Origin: an uncultured bacterium
GTDB lineage: Bacteria > Patescibacteriota > Microgenomatia > UBA1400 > UBA12108
DNA: 33,542 nt
Direction of reading: 5' to 3'
Assembly (NCBI GenBank): GCA_963981525.1
Contig: CAXCDZ010000003.1
Location: 1 to 33,542 of the forward strand
Under the pieces are notes generated by a model, which was not told the DNA's origin, made no database searches, and saw nothing but the letters and a program-made list of their open reading frames with translations. Position numbers and translations under genes: made by a program. Shown piece by piece: positions 8,338 to 16,103 of this stretch (position 1 is its first letter; each line of letters begins with the position of its first letter).

Positions 8338-10098
8338 TTATAACTCCGAAAGCATTTTTGACGTCTCACTAAACTCACTCTGAGCCTTCGCTAAGCCAGG
8401 ATTATTCCCACTTTTCTCCAGTTCATCTATTTTGCCGGAGAGTTGCTTTAGCCTCTCTTTTAGATACATCTCCTCAACTTCTTTTCTGACTTTTGACCAT
8501 TCTTTCTCTGAATTGGCAATTTCCGAGAGATCACTCAGATATGCTTTATCAAACACCGCAATCATTTCTGGTTTTAGCTTCTTCCCAAAACTCTCTATGC
8601 TCCACTCACCCTTATATCTTGCTAGCTCCGCCATAATCATTCGGATCACAGGCACTTCTAACCACAAAACATCAATCTCACTCAACTTCTCCTTAATCTG
8701 AACATAAAACTGCAAACTCAATGATAGCAAATATTCCTCCACTCGCTCTCTCCGACTCACCACCTCACCCTTCTCGATCTTCTTGACCACATGTTTTAGA
8801 TTAGAGAGTTTCTTTTTTTTATTCACTCTCTCTATCTCCTCAAAAATCGACTCTTCTGGCACTGACAGCTTCTTGGCAAGTAGCTGCGCATAATGCGCTT
8901 TCACCACTGCATTGCTAATACTCGCGAGCACCGGCACTACTTCTTGACTAATCAAACTCGCCCCAGTTCCACTCGACGGATCATTTCGCTCGCACGCTGT
9001 GTTAATCAGATAATCCCAAAACAGTGTCGCTCCCTTGACCATCTTTCGCCAAGCCTCTGGATTCTCACTCGCCACATCCCCCGGATCCTTACCTCCCGTA
9101 ATCTGGATCACTCGCACGGATAGCTCCAATGGATCTGCCACAAGCACCGCTCGCTTGACTGCCTCTTGTCCTGCCTTATCAGCGTCAAGAGCATACACCA
9201 CATTCTTGGTGTAACGAGCAATCAGTCTCCCCATCTCCTCGGTAAACGCACTCCCCTTGATTGCAACTACATTCTTCACCCCTGCCTGATAACTCGGAAG
9301 AACATCAAGCTCTCCCTCCACCAAAATAATCTGATCTCCCTTCCTAATCTGCTCTCTATTCTCATATAGTCCGTACAGCATCTTACTCTTATGATAGATC
9401 AAGGTCTCCGGCGAGTTAATATACTTCGCTTCTTTTTTATCATTTGAGAGTGTCCTCCCAGAAAACCCCACCACACTCCCTTTGTGGTCACGCAGTGGGA
9501 ACATCACACGCCCTCGAAATCGATCATAGTAATGTCCACTATCACTCCTAATCACAAGCCCCACGGCAGATAATTCCTCCATCGTGTAACCCTTTTTCTG
9601 GTTTAGGAATGTACTCACTCCCTGCCACTGCTTAGGCGCATAACCGAGTCCGTATAACTTAATTGCTCCTGCATTAATCTTTCTCTCTTTTAGATACCCT
9701 CTCGCTTCCTCTCCTGCCTTGTGAGTATTGAGTAGATATTGATAAAACTCACTAGCCATACTCATTATTTCCAAGAGTTTCTTCTTTTGCATATCCTGTG
9801 CAGTTGGTCGATAACTCTCAAGCTCCACCCCCACTCTCTGAGCAAGTGATTCCAGTGCCTCCAAAAAACTCATCCCATCATATTTCTGCAAAAATGAAAT
9901 CGCATCGCCCCCTTCGCCACACCCAAAACATTTGTAACTCTGTCTCTCCGGTGAAACAATAAAACTCGGTGATTTTTCTGAATGAAACGGACAGAGTCCC
10001 TTATAATGCCTCCCGGCTTTCTTAAGAGTCACACTCTCCCCCACGAGCTCCACTATCTCTACCTTTTGCTTGATCTCATCTACTTGATCTCTTGCCAT
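8338..10098 (-). CDS. dnaG: DNA primase
   Basis: Zn finger 'CPFHSEKSPSF...CFGC', 'DRFRGRVMFP', 'KYINSPET', TOPRIM 'VEGELD...DADKAG'; upstream of rpoD. Confidence 0.97.
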   Translation of the reverse strand: MARDQVDEIKQKVEIVELVGESVTLKKAGRHYKGLCPFHSEKSPSFIVSPERQSYKCFGCGEGGDAISFLQKYDGMSFLEALESLAQRVGVELESYRPTAQDMQKKKLLEIMSMASEFYQYLLNTHKAGEEARGYLKERKINAGAIKLYGLGYAPKQWQGVSTFLNQKKGYTMEELSAVGLVIRSDSGHYYDRFRGRVMFPLRDHKGSVVGFSGRTLSNDKKEAKYINSPETLIYHKSKMLYGLYENREQIRKGDQIILVEGELDVLPSYQAGVKNVVAIKGSAFTEEMGRLIARYTKNVVYALDADKAGQEAVKRAVLVADPLELSVRVIQITGGKDPGDVASENPEAWRKMVKGATLFWDYLINTACERNDPSSGTGASLISQEVVPVLASISNAVVKAHYAQLLAKKLSVPEESIFEEIERVNKKKKLSNLKHVVKKIEKGEVVSRRERVEEYLLSLSLQFYVQIKEKLSEIDVLWLEVPVIRMIMAELARYKGEWSIESFGKKLKPEMIAVFDKAYLSDLSEIANSEKEWSKVRKEVEEMYLKERLKQLSGKIDELEKSGNNPGLAKAQSEFSETSKMLSEL

Positions 10099-10168
10099 TG
10101 TTCTCCTATTTTATCAAATAAACACCCTATTCACCTCACCGACACGCTGATACGCTGACTCACTGATC

Positions 10169-10792
10169 TCAGTATCTCTCCCCAGTCTTCTTCATCGCAA
10201 AAGCTCGAAACTGATCCAGTTTTTCTTTTTCTTTATTAAAAGTAAAAATCAACTTATTCATCCAGTTATGCAGATCCTCTGCCATCTGGATGTTTACGAT
10301 CTTAAAGTTCTTGATATTCCCTGCACTAGACCTGGCAACAAATGTTCCTAGCTTAAATATAGCCTGGAGATATCCCTTACTATACGCCGCCGAATCCACT
10401 ACCTTATCCAGAGTCAGTGACATCTGATATCTCGTCCACGGTGTAGTGTGGATAAACTTGGTAAGCCTACGAGTAGTAATAATAAACAAAGTCTTACGGT
10501 AGACCTGCCACCCCCACCACAATCCCCCAAACATCACCACTAACCCAAGCACCATAATCACTCCCACAATCCACCCAGTCGCAAAATTAAGCATCTCACC
10601 AGTTTGCGCAACTAGCACCGCTCCTATCACGATCGCCACTGCCGTCGCAAGAAAAAATCCCGTTAGTCGTGCCGCAAGCATCACCGGACTCTCGCGAGTT
10701 ATATAGAGAATTCTCTCATCCTCTGCTTGTCCAGGAAACTTAACTCCAGTATATGGAGCTTGATAATCTGTAGCTTCAAAAATATTTTGCAT
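10169..10792 (-). CDS. membrane protein with bacterial PH-like domain
   Basis: Two TM segments followed by 'FIITTRRL...LDKVVD...IFKLGTF'. Confidence 0.65.
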   Translation of the reverse strand: MQNIFEATDYQAPYTGVKFPGQAEDERILYITRESPVMLAARLTGFFLATAVAIVIGAVLVAQTGEMLNFATGWIVGVIMVLGLVVMFGGLWWGWQVYRKTLFIITTRRLTKFIHTTPWTRYQMSLTLDKVVDSAAYSKGYLQAIFKLGTFVARSSAGNIKNFKIVNIQMAEDLHNWMNKLIFTFNKEKEKLDQFRAFAMKKTGERY

Positions 10793-10814
10793 AACTCAAA
10801 AACCTTCTTATTTG

Positions 10815-10897
10815 CGGAGGAGGCGGGACTCGAACCCGCGAGAGCTTGCGCTCGCATCCTTTCCAAGAATGTGCCGTAGCCACTGGGCCACTCCTCC
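10815..10897 (-). tRNA. tRNA-Ser(GGA)
   Basis: GGAGGAG/CTCCTCC-G acceptor, CATTC-TT-GGA-AA-GGATG anticodon arm, long variable arm, GGTTCGAGTCC. Confidence 0.95.
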
Positions 10898-10905
10898 ACT
10901 TTCTC

Positions 10906-11931
10906 CTATTTTAACTTACCCAGCCTATTTCTGCCAGATGAATACTCAACAAGTCTATTGAGATGTTTTATATTCCTAGGTTCAAATACTTCAAAAAATC
11001 TTTTTGCTGTCCTAGTTCCATATAGAAAAGAGTTGTAACCAGAGCCATGCACCCCAAACCCATTCTCTTGCAATCCCAACTTATAACTACTCAACAATGG
11101 AACAGATGCCGAAGTAAATGACAAGCCAAAATGGATATATTGATATCCATTCACAGTATGTCTATGAGTAAATGTTCCTCCATCAGTATCATAAAGTCCC
11201 CTCATGCAAGCTCTAAGATAATCAGAATTATTCTTGATCCACTCTGGAATATCAACCTGATGTCTGATTTTGTTTCCTGTTTTCAGTCCCAAACCTTCCA
11301 ATATTTCTGTGAATTTCACTCCAGAGAAAATCACTCTAATAATATTCTGTTTTGGATACGAACATACAGATGGTTTTGCCCCAAACAATTTATCCGCTAG
11401 CTCACATACATGCTTTGCATACTCGATATCATCCATCATGTGCAAGCTAATTTGACATTGAGTTTTAGTTAAACAACCATCGCCCAATACTATCCCCACA
11501 AATTCAGCTAATTTCGTAGAGTGCTTTGGTATTACAAATTTACTTGCAACCCTGCATCCTAATTTTCGATAATAATCAGGATTCTCTCTTCTTTTCTTCT
11601 GAGACACCCTTCCTCCCTTAGCTCGATCAGCTTGAGTTAGTGTCACACCATACATCTCTATTCTCTTCTTGGCTCCCTTACTACCATTCACTCTCCCACT
11701 CCACCACTCTTCTCTCTCTTCGATTACTGTAGGAATTGACAATCCAGATAGATCACTTAATAATTCCATTTTATTTTTGCTGGGCAATATCTTCCCCGCA
11801 ATCCAATCTCGATAATTACGACCTGACATACCAATTAATTTTCCCACCTCCTCCGCGCTCAACCCCAACTGATCACGTACGCCTCTAAGAAACTCAGCCT
11901 GTTCACTCTTATCCATCACCAACCTAGTCAT
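10906..11931 (-). CDS. free-standing HTH + two-motif LAGLIDADG endonuclease-like protein
   Basis: N-terminal XRE-like HTH 'LRGVRDQLGLSAEEVGKLIGMSGRNYRDW'; motifs 'LAEFVGIVLGDG' and 'ACMRGLYDTDG'; no intein splice blocks. Start is 11958, 11931 or 11916. Confidence 0.85.
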   Translation of the reverse strand: MTRLVMDKSEQAEFLRGVRDQLGLSAEEVGKLIGMSGRNYRDWIAGKILPSKNKMELLSDLSGLSIPTVIEEREEWWSGRVNGSKGAKKRIEMYGVTLTQADRAKGGRVSQKKRRENPDYYRKLGCRVASKFVIPKHSTKLAEFVGIVLGDGCLTKTQCQISLHMMDDIEYAKHVCELADKLFGAKPSVCSYPKQNIIRVIFSGVKFTEILEGLGLKTGNKIRHQVDIPEWIKNNSDYLRACMRGLYDTDGGTFTHRHTVNGYQYIHFGLSFTSASVPLLSSYKLGLQENGFGVHGSGYNSFLYGTRTAKRFFEVFEPRNIKHLNRLVEYSSGRNRLGKLK

Positions 11932-11981
11932 ACTTAATACTAACAATACCCGAATCATTAGTCAAGTGATATACTCAATTT

Positions 11982-12446
11982 ATGCCTACCTGGAAACTAC
12001 CTCCCAAGATCAAGATCTACGAAGCACTCGGCGCTATCGCCGACGAGCGGATCGAGCTAGATGGCAACACGTCCCGTGTCTACTCCAGTAGCAGAGGCAA
12101 ATTCTACACCGTCTCATATGATCCAGATAACAACTCCATTATGGCCAATGACAACGGCTCATACTGGCAGGGATATCTCGGCTACCCTTCTATCGCTTAC
12201 CTCCTTGCAACCAAGATTATTTCTTACTCCCCAAAAATCGCTCACTATCTAATCGATATCAAATGGAAAGATCTTAATACTCAGTTAAAAAATGACTGGG
12301 ATAAAACAATCAATCATCTTCACAAGACTCTCACCCCTCAACAACTAGATCTTCTGACCACAGAAATCAATCGAATTCACGAGTATCTTAAATCTCACCC
12401 CATAAATAAACTCGGCAAACGAACAAAGCCTCCTTCTGGCTACTAA
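11982..12446 (+). CDS. hypothetical protein
   Basis: 154-aa ORF with host-like strand bias; extended -10 (TGATATACT) 6 nt before the ATG. Confidence 0.8.
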   Translation: MPTWKLPPKIKIYEALGAIADERIELDGNTSRVYSSSRGKFYTVSYDPDNNSIMANDNGSYWQGYLGYPSIAYLLATKIISYSPKIAHYLIDIKWKDLNTQLKNDWDKTINHLHKTLTPQQLDLLTTEINRIHEYLKSHPINKLGKRTKPPSGY

Positions 12447-12451
12447 AAATG

Positions 12452-12533
12452 CGGAGAGTACAGGAGTCGAACCTGTTTGAGATTGCTCCCACTAGTTTTC
12501 GAAACTAGCGCATTACCGTCCTGCCCACTCTCC
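12452..12533 (-). tRNA. tRNA-Ser(CGA)
   Basis: GGAGAGT/ACTCTCC-G acceptor, CTAGT-TT-CGA-AA-ACTAG, long variable arm, ACAGG-TTCGACT-CCTGT. Confidence 0.9.
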
Positions 12534-12574
12534 AGACGTAGATATTGTACCAAAAGCTCTGCTATACTAAAACT

Positions 12575-13087
12575 ATGCCTACCACAGCACCTCAACTCAA
12601 CCAAACACAAAAATCCCTCATTACCTGGGCCGCCCCCGCTCGCCCTTTCAAGGAACGCACTCGCGAGTTCTACACTACTATCCTCAGCATCGCCTTTCTC
12701 CTCACCATCATTCTCTTTTTGCTCAAGGAGTTTCTCCTCATCGGTGTCATCATGGCTTTCGCCTTCCTCAGCTATGTCCTCTCCACCCACAAACCAGATG
12801 ATGTCACACACGAGCTCACCTCAGAAGGAATAGTATCCGACGGCAAGCTCTACTCATGGGAAACATTCACCAACTACTGGATCGAGAAGAAGTTCGACCA
12901 AGAAGTCATAATGGTCAAAACCAAAACCACAATCCCTGGCCTAATCCTCATGGTTATCGACCAAAAAAAGAAAAAGCAAATCACTCAGATTCTTGAAAAA
13001 TACCTCCCACAAGAAAAGCCAGCCGACAACTTCGTTAGTCGTGCTAGTTCCTGGCTCTCAGACAAAGTTCCCCTCGAAAACACCTAA
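12575..13087 (+). CDS. two-TM membrane protein (DUF5673/YcxB-like)
   Basis: 'WAAPARPFKER' followed by 2 TM and 'LTSEGIVSDGKLYSWETF'; ATG 12575 follows TGCTATACT by 6 nt. Confidence 0.75.
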   Translation: MPTTAPQLNQTQKSLITWAAPARPFKERTREFYTTILSIAFLLTIILFLLKEFLLIGVIMAFAFLSYVLSTHKPDDVTHELTSEGIVSDGKLYSWETFTNYWIEKKFDQEVIMVKTKTTIPGLILMVIDQKKKKQITQILEKYLPQEKPADNFVSRASSWLSDKVPLENT

Positions 13088-13117
13088 TTCTCAACTTGGG
13101 TTATAATATTACCTCCT

Positions 13118-13189
13118 GCTCCCGTCGTTCAACGGATAGGACACCAGTTTGCGGAACTGGCAATGCAAGTTCGATTCTTGCCGGGAGCA
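13118..13189 (+). tRNA. tRNA-Arg(GCG)
   Basis: GCTCCCG/CGGGAGC-A acceptor, CCAGT-TT-GCG-GA-ACTGG, GCAAG-TTCGATT-CTTGC; TATAAT at 13102-13107. Confidence 0.93.
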
Positions 13190-13197
13190 CCCTTCAA

Positions 13198-13707
13198 CTA
13201 CAGTAGTTTACTTGCTGCCACCAAAACCTCCCGCTCACTCTCAAAGCCCAGTAGCTTCATTGCCTCCTCATAACTCACCCACTTCCTCTCACTCATCTCC
13301 CAGCCATGATCTGGCAGCTCTTCCTCTAGCTCCATCAGGTAAAACACCACCTTCTTGTGTACCTCTACTCCCTCTCCCCCATCTTCCTGATACTTCTTCA
13401 CTCTCCGCTCGCTTACCTGGCCATTTGCACTCTCTCCCACCTGCTTACCCAGCTCTGCCACATATGAGTACTCTATCGTCTTTACTGGCACTAGATTAAC
13501 TACCTTCGCCATCACCCCCACCTCCTCCTCTACCTCACGCACAGCAGTCTCTACTAACCCCTCTCCTTTCTCTACCAACCCCTTCGGGAGCACCCATTTG
13601 CTGTACCCAGAGTGCTTTCCGATCAAGAATTGCCAACTGACACGCTGACCTGCCGACACGCTGACACGCCGACACACTACTCCTCCAGCCGACAACTCTT
13701 CTTTCAT
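13198..13707 (-). CDS. NUDIX hydrolase
   Basis: Nudix box 'LPKGLVEKGEGLVETAVREVEEEVG' and 'SAGGVV'. ATG 13707 lies 6 nt after TATAAT. Confidence 0.92.
   Translation of the reverse strand: MKEELSAGGVVCRRVSVSAGQRVSWQFLIGKHSGYSKWVLPKGLVEKGEGLVETAVREVEEEVGVMAKVVNLVPVKTIEYSYVAELGKQVGESANGQVSERRVKKYQEDGGEGVEVHKKVVFYLMELEEELPDHGWEMSERKWVSYEEAMKLLGFESEREVLVAASKLL
13637..13676. repeat. 8-nt tandem repeat (CYGACACG x5) inside the NUDIX gene
   Basis: ctgacacg ctgacctg ccgacacg ctgacacg ccgacaca; related arrays at 10139-10167, 20294-20325 and 26083-26130. Confidence 0.8.
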
Positions 13708-13745
13708 ATCCATATTATATCCTATGTAGTACAATAGTCTCGTCT

Positions 13746-13829
13746 GGTGAGGTGCTCCGAATGGTTAAGGAACCAGTCTTGAAAACTGGCGCCCGCAAGG
13801 GCTTGCAGGTTCGAGTCCTGTCCTCACCG
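13746..13829 (+). tRNA. tRNA-Ser(TGA)
   Basis: GGTGAGG/CCTCACC-G acceptor, CCAGT-CT-TGA-AA-ACTGG, variable arm GCCC-GCAA-GGGC, GGTTCGAGTCC. Confidence 0.93.
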
Positions 13830-14177
13830 CCCAAGTATTACATCCAACCACTTCTCCCAATTTGTTTTTTTAGCTGTCTTTTCTTCCTGAGAACTGATCA
13901 CTGAGAACTGATCACTATCCTCTGGTACGATTACTACCACCTCTCCTTCCTTCGCCAGGTTCAGCTCATCTCTAGCTATCTTCTCTAGATAATCCTCTCC
14001 CTGAACATACTCCAGCTTCTCGAGTAACTCTGCTCGCTGATTACCTAGCTCTTGCTTCTCCTCAAGCAAACTCTCCACCCTTCCCCTGGAGTGCTTTGAT
14101 TTCTCAATTCCCTTGACCAGAGAAACGATGAGAACTACCTGAAATCCAATTATTCCCCACTTTAGATATTTATTCAT
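13824..14177 (-). CDS. septum formation initiator, FtsB/DivIC family
   Basis: N-terminal TM, coiled coil, 'YLEKIARDELNLAKEGEVVVIV', and C-terminal 'NWEKW'. Confidence 0.88.
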   Translation of the reverse strand: MNKYLKWGIIGFQVVLIVSLVKGIEKSKHSRGRVESLLEEKQELGNQRAELLEKLEYVQGEDYLEKIARDELNLAKEGEVVVIVPEDSDQFSVISSQEEKTAKKTNWEKWLDVILGR

Positions 14178-14238
14178 AATTTGCTATTTATATATTAACG
14201 GTTGCATTACATCCCATAATATTGTATTATTCTCCCAT

Positions 14239-15096
14239 ATGGAATCTCATAAGAACCAGTTTATCAAATATCTAGAGAAAAATGGTCGCGCAACTGCCAC
14301 CATCCTCGCCTACTCAAAGGATCTAGATCAGCTCATAGAATTTCTCGCAACTCTGGGAGTAACTGATGTTACCACCATCACCACCGAGAATCTCGAGGGC
14401 TTCAAGAACGACCTTAGCAGCAAACAATATACCCTCAAGAGTATCTCCCGCAAACTCAACTCCGTCAAAAGTCTCTTTAAGTATCTCCTCAGCGCAAATA
14501 TCGTCACCTCCTCCCCTGCCAACGGAGTCGCCCACCCCAAATACGAAATCACTCCTCCCCACGTTCTCTCTCCTCTCGAGTATCGCGCTCTACGTGACGC
14601 ATGCCGTGACGACGTTAGAATGTATGCCATTGTCGAGATTCTTCTCCAAACTGGCCTTCGTATTGGTGAGCTAGCCGGCATCCAACTCCAAGACATCACT
14701 CTGGAACAAAGCACCCTCAAGATCAGAGCCTTCGAGTCCCACGACTCTCGTCGCGTTCCTCTGAACAAAACCGCCAAGGAAGCCATCGAGATGTACGTCA
14801 AAGAGAGACCAAAAACCAAAAACACCACCCTTTTTATCACCAAAACCGGCAATCCCTTCTTGATTCGTAACATCCGCACCGCCATTAACCGCTACTTCCG
14901 CATCGCAGGGATCGAAGGAGCAAAGGTCAATGATCTCCGCCACACCTTCATCGTCGAACAGCTCAAGGCAGGAGTACCCCTGGTTGATCTTAGTAAAATG
15001 ATCGGCCACAAACGCCTCAGTACTACCGAGAAATACCTCCAGTTTCTTAACGGCAACAAATCAGAACCAAAGAAAATCAAAATCGCCGAACTTTAA
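14239..15096 (+). CDS. tyrosine recombinase, XerC/XerD-like
   Basis: SAM-like N-domain, 'TGLRIGEL', 'NDLRHTF', 'IGHKRLSTTEKY'. Confidence 0.92.
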   Translation: MESHKNQFIKYLEKNGRATATILAYSKDLDQLIEFLATLGVTDVTTITTENLEGFKNDLSSKQYTLKSISRKLNSVKSLFKYLLSANIVTSSPANGVAHPKYEITPPHVLSPLEYRALRDACRDDVRMYAIVEILLQTGLRIGELAGIQLQDITLEQSTLKIRAFESHDSRRVPLNKTAKEAIEMYVKERPKTKNTTLFITKTGNPFLIRNIRTAINRYFRIAGIEGAKVNDLRHTFIVEQLKAGVPLVDLSKMIGHKRLSTTEKYLQFLNGNKSEPKKIKIAEL

Positions 15097-15108
15097 TCCT
15101 CCGAAGGT

Positions 15109-15288
15109 CTAGATCTTCACCTTCTTCGTCTCCTTAATCAGCTTCGCATTCTCCACTAGCACTACTTGCTTATTCCTATCCACTACCATATACCTCTCTC
15201 CCGCTTGCCCTGAGAGCGCATTCATCCGATCCCAGAACATCTCATCCCCCGCTTGCATTATTGTTTTTTTGGTTATCTTTATTTTCAT
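15109..15288 (-). CDS. small hypothetical protein (59 aa)
   Basis: MKIKITKKTIMQAGDEMFWDRM... starting at ATG 15288, downstream of tRNA-Ile; purine-rich coding strand like its neighbours. Confidence 0.6.
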   Translation of the reverse strand: MKIKITKKTIMQAGDEMFWDRMNALSGQAGERYMVVDRNKQVVLVENAKLIKETKKVKI

Positions 15289-15311
15289 ATATAGATACTG
15301 TCTATTATGGG

Positions 15312-15383
15312 TGGGCTGGGGAGGACTTGAACCCCCAACCAACGTTGTATAAGAACGCCGCTCTACCATTGAGCTACCAGCCC
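15312..15383 (-). tRNA. tRNA-Ile(TAT)
   Basis: GGGCTGG/CCAGCCC-A acceptor, GCGTT-CT-TAT-AC-AACGT anticodon arm, GGGGG-TTCAAGT-CCTCC. Confidence 0.9.
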
Positions 15384-15411
15384 ACGTACCAGATCATATT
15401 CTACCACTTAA

Positions 15412-16065
15412 TCAATACATTCGAGACAACACTTCCATCCCTGCAAAAACTGGTCTGGCATACTTCACTCCTCCAGATATTACATTGCATGTACCATGTC
15501 CCCAACTCATTCTTGTCAACTTAGAATAATAACTATCTTTTATATACGGATTCACAAAATGACTCTTTTCAAGTCCGGTGACATTCATCCAATATCTCAC
15601 CTCATCATCTATTATCATGTCTTTGTATAAGTGTAGTCTTATTCGTATTTTTTCTTTCGGAAATCCCAAAGAAGACATCAACCATTTTAAATAAAACTTA
15701 ATCATTCTTGGATCTGTATTAGCGAACGTCAGCTCAGAATATTTAGTTTTTCCTCCTTCTCCCCAGTACAAAGCAAGACCTACCAGATACAGCTCTCGTT
15801 TGCTCAAAGATCCAATTTCTGCGTTTTGAATATTTAGTGCATCACTAAATGCCTTTTCCCTCTTTTTCTTCATCGTCTCTCGAAATTTCTCCGCTACAAC
15901 TTCATTGTGTTGCAGCTTATATATCTGTTCTTTTGTTAGTGGATAGTCCCTCAACCACAAACTCAACGAGCTCTTACTCACTTCTATTTTTTTCTTTATC
16001 GCCGAATAACTCCACCCCAATCTCCGTAATCGTAGTGCCTCCTCATGTTCTTTTCTTTTTGCCAC
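15412..16065 (-). CDS. HTH + single LAGLIDADG-like domain protein ('LYWGEG' type)
   Basis: 'ALRLRRLGWSYSAIKKKIEVSKSSLSLW' and 'LVGLALYWGEGGKT...FANTDPRMIKFY'; paralog of 3858..4538. Confidence 0.7.
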   Translation of the reverse strand: MAKRKEHEEALRLRRLGWSYSAIKKKIEVSKSSLSLWLRDYPLTKEQIYKLQHNEVVAEKFRETMKKKREKAFSDALNIQNAEIGSLSKRELYLVGLALYWGEGGKTKYSELTFANTDPRMIKFYLKWLMSSLGFPKEKIRIRLHLYKDMIIDDEVRYWMNVTGLEKSHFVNPYIKDSYYSKLTRMSWGHGTCNVISGGVKYARPVFAGMEVLSRMY

Positions 16066-16103
16066 ACCTCTATTTACCCAAATCTAACCCAAAATGTCAA
16101 GTG

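Noticed and set aside
10699-10899. 66-aa ORF 'MEEWPSG...'; likewise 6279..6473, 6352..6543, 12443..12811, 12477..12833, 13149..13499 and the 5' part of 15109..15369
   Set aside because: These are translations of tRNA genes or introns, or shadows of better-supported genes.
10906-11931. Intein or intron-encoded endonuclease, or WhiA
   Set aside because: No splice-junction blocks or flanking group I core motifs seen, the adjacent tRNA is uninterrupted, and the HTH is N-terminal rather than C-terminal as in WhiA.
14239-16065. Prophage or genomic island at the recombinase and tRNA-Ile
   Set aside because: No phage or cargo genes and no duplicated tRNA 3' end seen in the window.
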